A stretch of DNA of 64,000 nt from Gemmatimonadota bacterium (GCA_039586795.1 JBDHJS010000016.1:1-64000); one strand, 5' to 3'. Positions 19,702 to 29,324 are shown, counted from the stretch's first letter. Numbers and translations: made by a program. Notes: generated by a model not told the origin, from the sequence alone.

Positions 19702-20442
19702 TTAGTCGTTTGTTGTTTGGTCCACTGCGTCGGATCGAACGGCGCGGTAGCCCTCGTCCGGTATCTCGACCCTCAACAGGCGGTCCCCCTCGAGCCACAC
19801 GTGACGTGTCGCTCCCGTCTCCGATGTCAGTACGATGTGTGTTGCGAGTACCTCGCGCTCATCATGTAAAATCGTCTCACGGCCGGTATTCTCGACGACG
19901 TGAACATCGTGGCTGCGAGTTTGAGGTGTAATCACGTTGATTTCGATAGAACGCTCATCGCCCAACATCTTCCAGATGAAGAAGTACTGGTGCGCGATGA
20001 GGCGATCCAGTATCGCGGCGCGCCCGCGTATCAGGAACTCCCGCATCTCCTCGCCAGCCGGCGAGCGAACGTCCAGGCGCAAGCGGTTCGAGACGATGGT
20101 ACCGACGATGGTTGTGGCGGCGCCGCCATTGAGTTCCGCCTCGTAGCGTCGGGGATGAGCTCTCGGTCCCGTCGCCTCGAGGGCGACGCTGATCCGCATC
20201 GTCTGACCATCGAGCTTGAGTCTCTGCACGGCGCCGGCGCGGAAGAGCGGTCCCGCGTCGCCGCCTCGCTCCTGACGAATCACGAAGCGTTCTTCGCCGA
20301 TGCGCGCGTCGTTGACATAGATCGTGAAGTTGCCGTTGTCGAGAACATCGGCTGTGTCCGCGGACGTGCGGTCGTCCGATCCTGCGAGCAGGAGCGCTGC
20401 CAATGCGAGGGCAAAGAGGCCGCGGCGGCGTCTACGTCTCAT
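19702..20442 (-). CDS. Hypothetical exported beta-rich protein
   Basis: Arg-rich n-region plus hydrophobic signal; start overlaps the upstream stop. Confidence 0.75.
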   Translation of the reverse strand: MRRRRRRGLFALALAALLLAGSDDRTSADTADVLDNGNFTIYVNDARIGEERFVIRQERGGDAGPLFRAGAVQRLKLDGQTMRISVALEATGPRAHPRRYEAELNGGAATTIVGTIVSNRLRLDVRSPAGEEMREFLIRGRAAILDRLIAHQYFFIWKMLGDERSIEINVITPQTRSHDVHVVENTGRETILHDEREVLATHIVLTSETGATRHVWLEGDRLLRVEIPDEGYRAVRSDAVDQTTND

Positions 20443-21172
20443 CTTTTGGCTCGACAAAGATCTTCGTCCGGATCTTCTCCAGGACGTACTGGTAGATTTC
20501 CTTGCCCTTCTGGGCCGTAGCTGCAGACGGATGCCCGATCGCGCCCTCACAGCCCGGTGGCGGCTTCGGCATGCGGCCGCGCAGGTACCGCCGAACCTGC
20601 TTTTCGTCCAGCGGGTAGTCGTGGATCTCGTCCTGTAGCACCAGTTCCGGCGCGATGTAGAGCATCACGGATGTCTCAACTTCGCCGGCGTGTTCCGGCC
20701 GGTCCTGTTTCTCCAAGAACTGCCGAATCCGCACGCTCTGGAGATCGACGACCCGGACTCGGGCGTGTTCGGTGACGACCGTTGTCACGGCGTCCAGGTG
20801 CGGGTCGTGGAAATGTGCGGTGATCAGGATGAACTCCTCGAATCCGTGGCCTTCCCAATCGGCGAGCACGTCGTTGAGCGCGCGATGCAAGGTCTTGCGC
20901 CTGAACGAGGCGGTGCCCGCGTAAGCCTGCTCCGTGTTGACGTTGACGCCGTAGTTGAGTGTCGGGGCCACGGCGACGCCGAACTCGGCGGACAGATCGT
21001 GGGAGAGTCGCTCGGCGAGTATCGAGTCCGTCCCCAGTGGAAGGTGCCGGCCGTGCTGCTCGCAGGTGCCGATCGGGATGATCAAGCGCTTGTCGCGCTC
21101 GAGGTAGCCGGCGACTTCCGGCCAGGTCATATCGGCTATGAGAACGGCGTGTGATTCCGGCAACGTGGCCAA
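20432..21172 (-). CDS. Creatininase/creatinine amidohydrolase family protein
   Basis: MTWPEV, PIGTCEQHGRHLPLGTD, HAGEVETS. Confidence 0.92.
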   Translation of the reverse strand: MATLPESHAVLIADMTWPEVAGYLERDKRLIIPIGTCEQHGRHLPLGTDSILAERLSHDLSAEFGVAVAPTLNYGVNVNTEQAYAGTASFRRKTLHRALNDVLADWEGHGFEEFILITAHFHDPHLDAVTTVVTEHARVRVVDLQSVRIRQFLEKQDRPEHAGEVETSVMLYIAPELVLQDEIHDYPLDEKQVRRYLRGRMPKPPPGCEGAIGHPSAATAQKGKEIYQYVLEKIRTKIFVEPKDET

Positions 21173-21323
21173 AGCTCCCGTTTCCCGGGTTTAGCAGTAG
21201 TGAGCTAAACCGTGACGTTGCGCCATTACGTGGTGCGGGTCAAGGCTTTTGAGCGCCGCGTTGATCCTCCTTTGATACCCCTACACGAGTGTGAGAGGGA
21301 TTATTCTCCCTGGGAGGGTGCCT

Positions 21324-22886
21324 ATGCTGGCGTGCGTTCGCTCTGCCGCGGTCCTGGGCGTCGATGCGTACATCGTAGTGGTCGAAGTCGATGCCGCGGC
21401 CGGCCTTCCGGCCATCGCGACGGTTGGCCTGGCGCAGAGCGCCGTTAAGGAAGGGAAAGAGCGCGTTCTCTCTGCGATCCAGAACTCGGGTTTCGAGATC
21501 CCGCCCCGAAAGATCACCGTGAACCTGGCGCCTGCCGATATCAAGAAGGAGGGATCGCACTTCGATCTGCCTATCGCGTGTGGGCTACTGGCCGCCTGCG
21601 GCCAACTGCCGGAGCCCGGGGGATCGAGAATAGCGCTGGCGGGAGAGCTCGGTCTGGACGGCGGGCTGCGACCGATCCGCGGGGCGCTCTCGATGGCGCA
21701 GGCGGTCCAGCAGGAGGGCCTGGAGGGCTTCGTCTTGCCTTCGGCCAACGCCGCAGAAGCGGCTGTGGTTCAGGGGCTACCGGTGTGGGGTGCCGAATCT
21801 CTCGGCGAGGTGATCGCTCTTCTCGCAGGACGCAGCGAGCTGTCGCCTACCCGCGTCGATCTTTCCGGGCTGCTGAACGGACGGCCGGGTTCGGGTCTGG
21901 ATCTGGGCGACGTGCGCGGCCAGCCGCACGCCAAGCGCGCCCTGGAGATCGCCGCCGCGGGCAGCCACAACATTCTGCTTATCGGGCCGCCGGGCGGCGG
22001 AAAAACGATGCTGGCGCGTCGGTTTCCGACGGTGCTGCCCAGCCTCAGTCTCGATGAGGCGATAGAAGTGACGCGGGTTCATTCGGTGGCGGGTCAGTTG
22101 CCCCCCGACCACGGACTGATGACGGAGCGCCCCTTCCGCGCGCCACACCACACGATCAGCGATGCGGGTCTGGCGGGAGGCGGAACGATCCCCCGGCCGG
22201 GCGAGGCGTCGCTCGCTCATCACGGTGTGCTGTTTCTGGACGAGTTGACCGAGTATCGACGCAACGTGCTGGAGGTTCTCCGGCAGCCGCTCGAGGATGG
22301 CGAGATCGCCATCGGGCGCGCCAACCGTTCCTTGACCTACCCGGCGCGCTTCATACTCGCGGCGGCCATGAATCCGTGTCCGTGCGGTTACCTGGGCGAT
22401 GAGCGTCGACGCTGTCGGTGCACGCCGCGGATCATACAGCGGTACCGAGCGAAGGTCTCGGGTCCGCTGCTTGACCGAATCGATCTGCACATCGAAGTCC
22501 CGCCGGTCGAAGCAGTTGACTTGCTGGGGCAGGGTGAAGCGCCGAGCTCGGCCGTGGTCGCGGAACGGGTCGAGCGAGCCCGGCGCGTACAATTGGACCG
22601 GTTTCGAGGCCGAAGCGGCCTGTATGCCAACGGGCAGATGGCGGCGCGGGACGTGCGACAATTCTGCGAAGCGGAGCAGACCGGGATGTCGATGCTGCGC
22701 TCGGCGATGGCGCGGCTCGGCCTGTCGGCTCGCTCGTTCCATCGCGTCCTCAAGATCGGCCGAACGATAGCCGATTTGGGTGGGAGTGAGATAATAAGGA
22801 CGGCTCATGTGGCGGAGGCGATTCAGTATAGGGGGCTGGATCGAGGGGGCGGGGGTTGGGTTGACAATCGTGTTCGGGGATCCTGA
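21324..22886 (+). CDS. comM: YifB/ComM Mg-chelatase-like AAA+ ATPase
   Basis: ITVNLAPAD, GPPGGGKTM, PFRAPHH, LFLDE, MNPCPCG, GPLLDRID. Confidence 0.94.
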   Translation: MLACVRSAAVLGVDAYIVVVEVDAAAGLPAIATVGLAQSAVKEGKERVLSAIQNSGFEIPPRKITVNLAPADIKKEGSHFDLPIACGLLAACGQLPEPGGSRIALAGELGLDGGLRPIRGALSMAQAVQQEGLEGFVLPSANAAEAAVVQGLPVWGAESLGEVIALLAGRSELSPTRVDLSGLLNGRPGSGLDLGDVRGQPHAKRALEIAAAGSHNILLIGPPGGGKTMLARRFPTVLPSLSLDEAIEVTRVHSVAGQLPPDHGLMTERPFRAPHHTISDAGLAGGGTIPRPGEASLAHHGVLFLDELTEYRRNVLEVLRQPLEDGEIAIGRANRSLTYPARFILAAAMNPCPCGYLGDERRRCRCTPRIIQRYRAKVSGPLLDRIDLHIEVPPVEAVDLLGQGEAPSSAVVAERVERARRVQLDRFRGRSGLYANGQMAARDVRQFCEAEQTGMSMLRSAMARLGLSARSFHRVLKIGRTIADLGGSEIIRTAHVAEAIQYRGLDRGGGGWVDNRVRGS

Positions 22887-22899
22887 CCTTTCGTATAGA

Positions 22900-23976
22900 A
22901 TGAGATCTAGGGAAACGACTCGGCTGGAGCCCGACGCAGAGCGAGGCGAGGGTCTGAAGCGGAAGGAGAGGGCGCTTCAGGCGGTTCTCCGCGAATGCGG
23001 GAGCGTTGTGATCGGGTACAGCGGCGGTGTGGATTCGGCGTACCTGGCCAGCGCGGCGCTCGACGCGTTGGGGGCGGATCGGGTGCTCGCCGTGACCGGT
23101 CGTTCCCCCAGTTACCCGGCCGTGCAGTACGAGATGGCGTTGCAGGTGGCTCGCGCGATCGAGCTACCGCACGTTGAGATCGAGACGGCAGAAGTCGAGA
23201 ACCCGAAGTATGCCGCGAACCCTACTGACCGCTGTTACTACTGCAAATCCGAGCTGTATGGTCAGCTTACGAAGATCGCCCTGGAGAGGTCAGCGGTCAT
23301 CGTGGACGGTTCGAACGCTGACGACCGCGACGACTACCGGCCGGGAATGACCGCGGCACGGGAGTTGGGCGTACGCTCTCCACTCCAGGAAGCGGGGCTC
23401 ACGAAGGATGAGATCCGCGAGTTATCCAGGCGGGCAGGCCTGCCTACCTGGGACCTTGCGGCCTCACCGTGCCTGGCCAGTCGCATCGCGTACGGCATCG
23501 AGGTGACACCGAGACGGCTCAGACAGATCGAGGAAACCGAGTCTCGACTGCGCGAGCTGTGCGAATGGCAGGAGCTGCGTGTCCGTCACCACGGCGATGT
23601 GGCTCGGCTCGAAGTGGCGGGCGGCGATCTTCAGCGCTTCATCGCGGACGGCAACTTCGAGCACGTCGTGAACGCGATGGTGGCCGTAGGGTTCTCGAGC
23701 GGCTGCGTCGATCTTGCCGGCTATCGCCGTGGCGCGCTTAATGAGGCGATCGGATCGGTTGACGGCGACGGGCCACCCGCCGCGGCTAAGGCAGAGACAG
23801 GTTTGTCTGCGCTCGGCATCCCGGCGGAGGTCCGAACGGCGGGGCGTTTAGCTGACGTCGCGATGCTGGAAGCGACTCCTGAGATTGCCGAGCGGCTGCT
23901 GGGCGAGGACCGTGAGAGCGCCATCCACGTTTGCCAGGCCGCCGGTTTCCGCTACGTAGCGCTGTTCCTTTTCTAG
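22900..23976 (+). CDS. larE: LarE-family ATP-dependent sulfur transferase with C-terminal extension
   Basis: PP-loop SGGVDS, NPTDRCYYCK, DGSNADD.DDYRPG, SPCLASRI. Confidence 0.9.
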   Translation: MRSRETTRLEPDAERGEGLKRKERALQAVLRECGSVVIGYSGGVDSAYLASAALDALGADRVLAVTGRSPSYPAVQYEMALQVARAIELPHVEIETAEVENPKYAANPTDRCYYCKSELYGQLTKIALERSAVIVDGSNADDRDDYRPGMTAARELGVRSPLQEAGLTKDEIRELSRRAGLPTWDLAASPCLASRIAYGIEVTPRRLRQIEETESRLRELCEWQELRVRHHGDVARLEVAGGDLQRFIADGNFEHVVNAMVAVGFSSGCVDLAGYRRGALNEAIGSVDGDGPPAAAKAETGLSALGIPAEVRTAGRLADVAMLEATPEIAERLLGEDRESAIHVCQAAGFRYVALFLF

Positions 23977-23983
23977 CGTCACC

Positions 23984-24544
23984 ATGCGCATCTTCATCGC
24001 GGTAAACATAACAGAGGCCGAGCGCGAACGGCTTGCCGCCGCTTCGCGACCGCTTCGCGAGGCGGGTTACCCGATTCGATGGGTAACTGCCGAGAACGTA
24101 CATCTCACGCTCAAGTTTTTGGGGGAAGTGTCCGAAGACAGAGTGGCGGAAGTGTGCGTGGGAGTGGATGGCGCCGCTGATGGGGTGGACGCGTTCGAGA
24201 TGCGGGTGGGCGGATTCGGGGCTTTTCCCAACCCACGCCGGCCCAACGTGATTTGGTCGGGCATCGAACCGAGTCCGACTCTGGGTGAGCTTCAGGAGCG
24301 GGTCGAAGCGGAGCTGTCTTCGATCGGCTTCCCCCGTGAGGACCGGAAATTCAGGCCTCACCTGACGATCGGTCGAGCGAAGAAGAAAGCGCGGCCACAT
24401 GAGTTTGGCGACCTGGAGGAGGCACTCGCGGAGCTGTCCTACGCGGATACCTTTCACGGGTCTTGAGTGGACGTGATGAAGAGTCAACTGCTACCGACGG
24501 GCGCGGTCTACGAGGTTGTACATCGCGCCGGGCTGCAAACCTAG
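23984..24544 (+). pseudogene. thpR: RNA 2',3'-cyclic phosphodiesterase ThpR with an in-frame TGA at 24464-24466
   Basis: MRIFIA start, HLTL and HLTI 2H motifs; the family C-terminus (MKSQL.PTGAVY) continues in frame after the TGA to TAG at 24544. Confidence 0.8.
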
Positions 24545-24559
24545 GCAGGCGGGTGGACG

Positions 24560-25228
24560 ATGTTGCGTGGGTGTTTTTCGATGATCGGATCGGCGCTGCT
24601 GTTGGTGGTGCTGCTGGTCGTCGGCTGGATCTACAGGGGTGACATAGAGCGGGCCGCCAGAGGCGTGTCGGCACGCTTCTTCGATCGTGATCAGCAGACG
24701 GTGGAGCTGGCTGGTGCAACGCCCCCCGAGCTGGCGGCTCAGGCCGAGCGGAAGATCATCCGCCTGGGGCAAGGCGAAGCGGAAGAAATCACGCTGACGG
24801 CGGAGGAGCTGAGCGGCTGGATCGAGCACCGTCTGGTGGGCTACTTCCCGAAATACATAAGCGATGTAACGGCCTCGGTTGAGAATGGTGGATTGGCCCT
24901 CGAGGGCCTTGTGGCAACGAAGTCGGTGCCGGGGTTGGAGAGGTTGGGGGCCGCCGCGGCATTGCTGCCGGACACGGCTGAGGTAAAGACGATTGGCCGT
25001 ATTGACGGACTGGAACCGGGTCGCGGCGTTTACTATATCGAGAGTCTGCATATCGGCTCGCTGCCGTTGCCGGACGCCTGGCGTGACGATCTTCTGGCCG
25101 AGGTGAAAGCGGGCGCGGATTCTGAGCTTCCGGTGAACGCCGTGATCTTCGAATTGCCTCCGTTTGTGACGGACATCGGGATTCGCGAGGACGTCGTTTT
25201 CTTGCGCCGGTCGAGTAACCAGCGGTGA
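24560..25228 (+). CDS. Hypothetical membrane-anchored protein
   Basis: N-terminal TM helix; co-oriented with neighbours and fills the gap. Confidence 0.78.
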   Translation: MLRGCFSMIGSALLLVVLLVVGWIYRGDIERAARGVSARFFDRDQQTVELAGATPPELAAQAERKIIRLGQGEAEEITLTAEELSGWIEHRLVGYFPKYISDVTASVENGGLALEGLVATKSVPGLERLGAAAALLPDTAEVKTIGRIDGLEPGRGVYYIESLHIGSLPLPDAWRDDLLAEVKAGADSELPVNAVIFELPPFVTDIGIREDVVFLRRSSNQR

Positions 25229-25338
25229 AGAGTTTTTGCCACCGGTTCAGAGTGTGTTAGGTTGCTGGAACGTCAGAAAGCGGCGAAGCGGCAAAAGGGC
25301 TTGACGGGGCGGTTAAGATCAATGTGTCATCCTTGGAG

Positions 25339-25485
25339 CCCACGAGTCAGTCGGCTGCTACTCGCTTGAAGCTGCTGGCGCGTATCACGCGTAGTGGGGT
25401 TAGGAGCAGCGTGGACCCTTCCGCGCGTTGAGCTGTAGAACGGGCGACGTTCGGCGAGTTTTCGCACCGCCGGGCTGATTCATGG
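25339..25485 (+). ncRNA. ssrS: Candidate 6S RNA (rod-shaped with central bubble)
   Basis: 5' CCACGAGTCAGTCGGC pairs with 3' GCCGGGCTGATTCATGG; inner stems ACTCGC/GCGAGT and TCACGC/GCGTGG; CTTGAA bubble opposite a GAACG/CGTTC hairpin. Confidence 0.55.
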
Positions 25486-25489
25486 AGAA

Positions 25490-26263
25490 GTGATTCTGAT
25501 GTCCCCAAAGCGCGAAAAAAAAGGTCAGAAGCAAGGCCAGGAAGAGAAAGAGCAGCCGCGTAAGCGGGCGCATCCGCAGAGCACGGGCCGCTGGCTGTGG
25601 GAGTGGATCAAGTCGATATCGGTAGCGATCCTGCTCTTCCTTGTCATTCGCACATTCGTCGTCGAAGCCTTCAAGATTCCCACCGGTTCAATGGAAGAGA
25701 CATTGCTGGTCGGGGATTTTCTTCTTGTGAACAAAGCCGTCTACGGCGCTCAGGTGCCGTTCACACACATTCGCCTACCCGCATTCGACACCCCGGAGCG
25801 TGGTGATGTAGTTGTGTTCGAGTATCCACTCGATACTTCGAAGAACTACGTGAAGCGCGTCATCGGTCTGCCGGGCGACAAGGTTGCGATGAGGGGTGGC
25901 GAACTCTATGTAAACGGGGTGCTCCAGGACGAGGACTATGTCCAGCACACCCAGCCGAACGGCGACTATTATGACCCGTCGTTCGAGTGGCAGCGCAAGT
26001 ACCTGGATTCCGAAGTTGACCTGGCGACGTACCGCCCGACCCGTGATGATTGGGGCCCGATTGTCGTATCTGAGGACCACTATTTTGTCATGGGCGACAA
26101 CCGGGACAACTCGCAGGACTCGCGCTATTGGGGTTTCGTCGATCGGACTTTGATCAAAGGGCGACCTCTGATCATCTATTATTCGTTCGACCGGAGCAAG
26201 CTCCGACCCCTGCCGTGGTTGACCGAAGTCCGATGGGGCCGGGTTGGTGACCGGATCCAATAG
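25490..26263 (+). CDS. lepB: Signal peptidase I (start may be 25499)
   Basis: IPTGSME, GDFLLVNK, YVKRVIGLPGD, GDNRDNSQDSR. Confidence 0.96.
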   Translation: MILMSPKREKKGQKQGQEEKEQPRKRAHPQSTGRWLWEWIKSISVAILLFLVIRTFVVEAFKIPTGSMEETLLVGDFLLVNKAVYGAQVPFTHIRLPAFDTPERGDVVVFEYPLDTSKNYVKRVIGLPGDKVAMRGGELYVNGVLQDEDYVQHTQPNGDYYDPSFEWQRKYLDSEVDLATYRPTRDDWGPIVVSEDHYFVMGDNRDNSQDSRYWGFVDRTLIKGRPLIIYYSFDRSKLRPLPWLTEVRWGRVGDRIQ

Positions 26264-26320
26264 ATCCGCCCGCACTTACATACCCTTTATGATCGGCTGA
26301 GTCCTGGACCGGCTGCGAGG

Positions 26321-27262
26321 TTGCGCTTGAGTCGAGAAGGGAAAGAGCACCCGGCGGATAATCAGACCGCCGAAGAACGCGCCGCAGAGCGCGAGAGACT
26401 GCTGGAGGCGTTCGGGCCCGCCGCGCGGGCTACGGCACCGGCAGGCTCCCTCGATCAGTACCTGCGCGAGATCAGCGCGTACCCCCTCATCGACCGGGAT
26501 GAAGAGGGCGTGCTCGCAAAGAAGATTCGACGAGGGGACCGCGGCGCGCTGGAAAAGCTGGTCAACTCAAACCTCCGATTCGTCGTCTCCATTGCCAAGA
26601 AATACCAGAACCAGGGCGTCGCACTCGCCGACCTGATCAACGAGGGCAACCTAGGGCTCATCCGGGCGGCGGAGAAATTCGACGAGACCCGAGGGGTCAA
26701 GTTCATCAGCTACGCGGTGTGGTGGATCCGCCAGGCGATCCTCCAGGCGCTGGCCGAACAATCTCGAATCGTGCGGGTCCCGCTCAATCGGGCGGGCGAG
26801 CTGCACAGGATCGGCAAGCGGTCCAGCGCGCTGGTTCAAGAGCTGGGTCGGGAGCCCACGGTCGGTGAGCTGGCGGAGGGTCTGGAAGTCAACGCGGAGG
26901 AGCTGTACAAGACGATGTCCATCGCCATGGCCCACCTGTCGCTGGATGCGCCGCTGGTGCCGGGCGAGGACAACAAGCTGCTGGATTATCTGCCGGACGA
27001 AAACACGGGGCCGGAGCAGGAGGCGTTCGAGAAGGCACTGAAGAACAACGTTGAGGCGGCGCTTTCGACGCTGAAGCCGCGGGAGGCTAGGATTCTCAGG
27101 CTGTATTATGGCCTCGACGGTGAGGAGGCCATGACGCTGGAGGAGATCGGTCAGCAGCTTGGCGTGACCCGGGAGCGGGTGCGGCAGATCAAGGAGCGGG
27201 CGCTGGCCCGGCTGCGCCATGTTTCCCGGGCCCGGTCGTTGGAGAGCTTCCTCGGCGGGTAA
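26321..27262 (+). CDS. RpoD/RpoS-family sigma-70 factor lacking region 1.1
   Basis: YLREI region 1.2, NLRFVVSIAKKY, DLINEGNLGL, YAVWWIRQ, TRERVRQI. Confidence 0.93.
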   Translation: MRLSREGKEHPADNQTAEERAAERERLLEAFGPAARATAPAGSLDQYLREISAYPLIDRDEEGVLAKKIRRGDRGALEKLVNSNLRFVVSIAKKYQNQGVALADLINEGNLGLIRAAEKFDETRGVKFISYAVWWIRQAILQALAEQSRIVRVPLNRAGELHRIGKRSSALVQELGREPTVGELAEGLEVNAEELYKTMSIAMAHLSLDAPLVPGEDNKLLDYLPDENTGPEQEAFEKALKNNVEAALSTLKPREARILRLYYGLDGEEAMTLEEIGQQLGVTRERVRQIKERALARLRHVSRARSLESFLGG

Positions 27263-27266
27263 CCGT

Positions 27267-27377
27267 CCCGATTACGATCGCGAGCAGGAGTATGGTATCC
27301 TACTTCCTCTCGTGCTCGTGCTCACCCTCGTGCTCGTGTTCCTGCTCGTGCTCGGCACCCCACTCGTACTCCTGCTT
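27267..27377. repeat. Hexamer (CTCGTG/CTCCTG) tandem repeat with a short inverted arm
   Basis: GATCGCGAGCAGGAGTA, then CTCGTGCTCGTG...CTCGTACTCCTGC; same units as 12405-12479. Confidence 0.85.
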
Positions 27378-27381
27378 TTCC

Positions 27382-27410
27382 TTGACATTCTGAAGATCCC
27401 CGGATATCCT
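27382..27410 (+). promoter_or_regulatory. Sigma-70 promoter for rplM-rpsI
   Basis: TTGACA-17 bp-TATCCT. Confidence 0.75.
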
Positions 27411-27486
27411 TCTCCGCTGTCCTATAACGTGTAAGAAGCCCATACGGTAAGGTGCCGTACGGTGATCCGTACAGCCTGAAGACGAG

Positions 27487-27945
27487 ATGCCGGAGCTACT
27501 AGCCAAGAATCAGAAAACCCCGATAGCCAAGCCGGCGGAGGTCGAGCGGGAGTGGTATATGGTCGATGCCGACGGCGTCGTCCTGGGCCGGCTCGCCGCC
27601 GAGGTGGCGAAGGTTCTGCGGGGCAAGCACAAGCCGATTTACACCCCGCACGTCGATTGCGGTGACGGGGTGATCATCGTGAATGCCGAGAAGGTTCGGC
27701 TGACGGGTAACAAGGCCGAGCAGAAGACCTATTTCCGCCACAGCGGTTACATGGGCGGTGAGCGGCACATTCCGTTCAAGCGGATGCAGGAGCGCAAGCC
27801 GGAGTGGATCATCAAGCGCGCCGTGCAGGGGATGTTGCCGAAGACGACGCTGGGTCGGTTGATGCTCAAGAAGCTGCGCGTATACGCCGGGCCCGAGCAC
27901 CCGCACAAGGGGCTGGCCACAAAGCCGCTCGAGGTAAGGAGCTGA
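27487..27945 (+). CDS. rplM: 50S ribosomal protein L13
   Basis: [27 protein letters not shown]. Confidence 0.98.
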   Translation: MPELLAKNQKTPIAKPAEVEREWYMVDADGVVLGRLAAEVAKVLRGKHKPIYTPHVDCGDGVIIVNAEKVRLTGNKAEQKTYFRHSGYMGGERHIPFKRMQERKPEWIIKRAVQGMLPKTTLGRLMLKKLRVYAGPEHPHKGLATKPLEVRS

Positions 27946-28352
27946 TGGCAGGCAAGAAGCTAGACGACGGGAGATTCCACGCGGTCGGTAGGCGAAAGAC
28001 GTCTGTCGCCCGTGTTTATTTGTCGCGAGGTAAGGGCGAGTGGAAGATCAACGGTCGCCCGTTAGCCGAGTACTTCCCGCGCCCGGCGTACCATGTCGTA
28101 CTGGAGAAGCCGTTCGAGGCGACGGAGACGATGGGCGAGTACGATGTGCTAGTGAACGTGCGTGGCGGAGGCTTGACGGGTCAGGCGGGAGCGATCCAGC
28201 TTGGCGTGGCCCGCGCGTTGCTCGCGGAGGATGAAGAGCGCCGGCTGGCGTTGCGTCGCGAAGGGCTGTTGACCCGCGATCCACGCCGTGTCGAGCGCAA
28301 GAAGTACGGTCAGCCGAAAGCGCGCAAGCGCTTCCAGTTCAGCAAGCGGTAA
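27945..28352 (+). CDS. rpsI: 30S ribosomal protein S9
   Basis: [20 protein letters not shown], ends QFSKR; TGATG overlap with rplM. Confidence 0.98.
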   Translation: MAGKKLDDGRFHAVGRRKTSVARVYLSRGKGEWKINGRPLAEYFPRPAYHVVLEKPFEATETMGEYDVLVNVRGGGLTGQAGAIQLGVARALLAEDEERRLALRREGLLTRDPRRVERKKYGQPKARKRFQFSKR

Positions 28353-28384
28353 ATCTGGGCGACAGCCAGAGGATGAAGACACTT

Positions 28385-29317
28385 ATGGCAGTGGGCCTCG
28401 AAGACCTTCTCAAAGCGGGAGTTCATTTCGGACACCAGACTCGCCGTTGGAACCCGAAGATGCGGCGTTACATCTTCGCGGAGCGCGGTGGGATCTACAT
28501 AATCGATCTGAAGAAGACGCTGCGCGAGCTGGAGCGTGCGAAGGAGCTTGTCCATCAGGTCATTCACCATGGCCAGAACGTGCTCTTTGTCTGCACCAAG
28601 CCGCAGCTCAAGGAGATCGTGCGCGGAGAGGCGGAGCGCTGCGGCGGGTATTATGTGACGGAGCGCTGGCTGGGCGGCATGCTCACCAACTTCCAGACGA
28701 TCAAGAAGAACATTCGGCGGCTGAAGGATCTCGAGCGTGGCGCGGAAGAGGGCGCGTTCGAGTTCTACACGAAGAAAGAAAAGCTGCTGCTGGATCGTGA
28801 GCGGGAGAAACTGGACCGCTACCTGTCGGGCATCAAAGATATGAGCAAGCTGCCGGGCTGCCTCTTCGTGGTCGACTCCCGGAAGGAAGCGATCGCGGTA
28901 GCGGAAGCGAACAAGCTGGGCATTCCCGTCATCGCGATAGCCGATACCAACGCCGACCCGGACCTGCTGGCGGTTCCGATCGCGGGGAACGACGATGCGA
29001 TTCGGTCCGTCTCGCTGATCACGAAAGCGATTGCCGACACGGTTGAAACCTCGATCGCCGAAGTCCCGTCGGAGCTGCGTGCGGCGGCAACGGCCGAAGA
29101 GGAAGAAGAGGCCTTCACGTACTCGAGCGACGCTGCCGTGGCAGCGGTTCCAGATCGTGGGGCCGGGCGGCGCTCTCGCAAGAAGCGGCGTCCGCGGCCC
29201 GAAGTGATCGCCGCCCACCGCGTGAGTGAGGGTGACGGCGAGAGTGTCGGAGAAGATCAGGAGGTCCAGCCGGCGGAGGCGGAAGAAAGCGCCGGCGAAG
29301 CCACAACCGAGGAATGA
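28385..29317 (+). CDS. rpsB: 30S ribosomal protein S2 with long C-terminal tail
   Basis: AGVHFGHQTRRWNPKM, RWLGGMLTN, GNDDA. Confidence 0.98.
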   Translation: MAVGLEDLLKAGVHFGHQTRRWNPKMRRYIFAERGGIYIIDLKKTLRELERAKELVHQVIHHGQNVLFVCTKPQLKEIVRGEAERCGGYYVTERWLGGMLTNFQTIKKNIRRLKDLERGAEEGAFEFYTKKEKLLLDREREKLDRYLSGIKDMSKLPGCLFVVDSRKEAIAVAEANKLGIPVIAIADTNADPDLLAVPIAGNDDAIRSVSLITKAIADTVETSIAEVPSELRAAATAEEEEEAFTYSSDAAVAAVPDRGAGRRSRKKRRPRPEVIAAHRVSEGDGESVGEDQEVQPAEAEESAGEATTEE

Positions 29318-29324
29318 TGCTGGC

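Noticed and set aside
24464..24500. Selenocysteine or an alternative genetic code
   Set aside because: Many core genes here end in TGA, the position is not a catalytic Cys site, and there is no clear SECIS.
27219..27506. Small ORFs with LVLVL or HEHEHE repeats
   Set aside because: They are translations of the CTCGTG array and overlap the rplM promoter.
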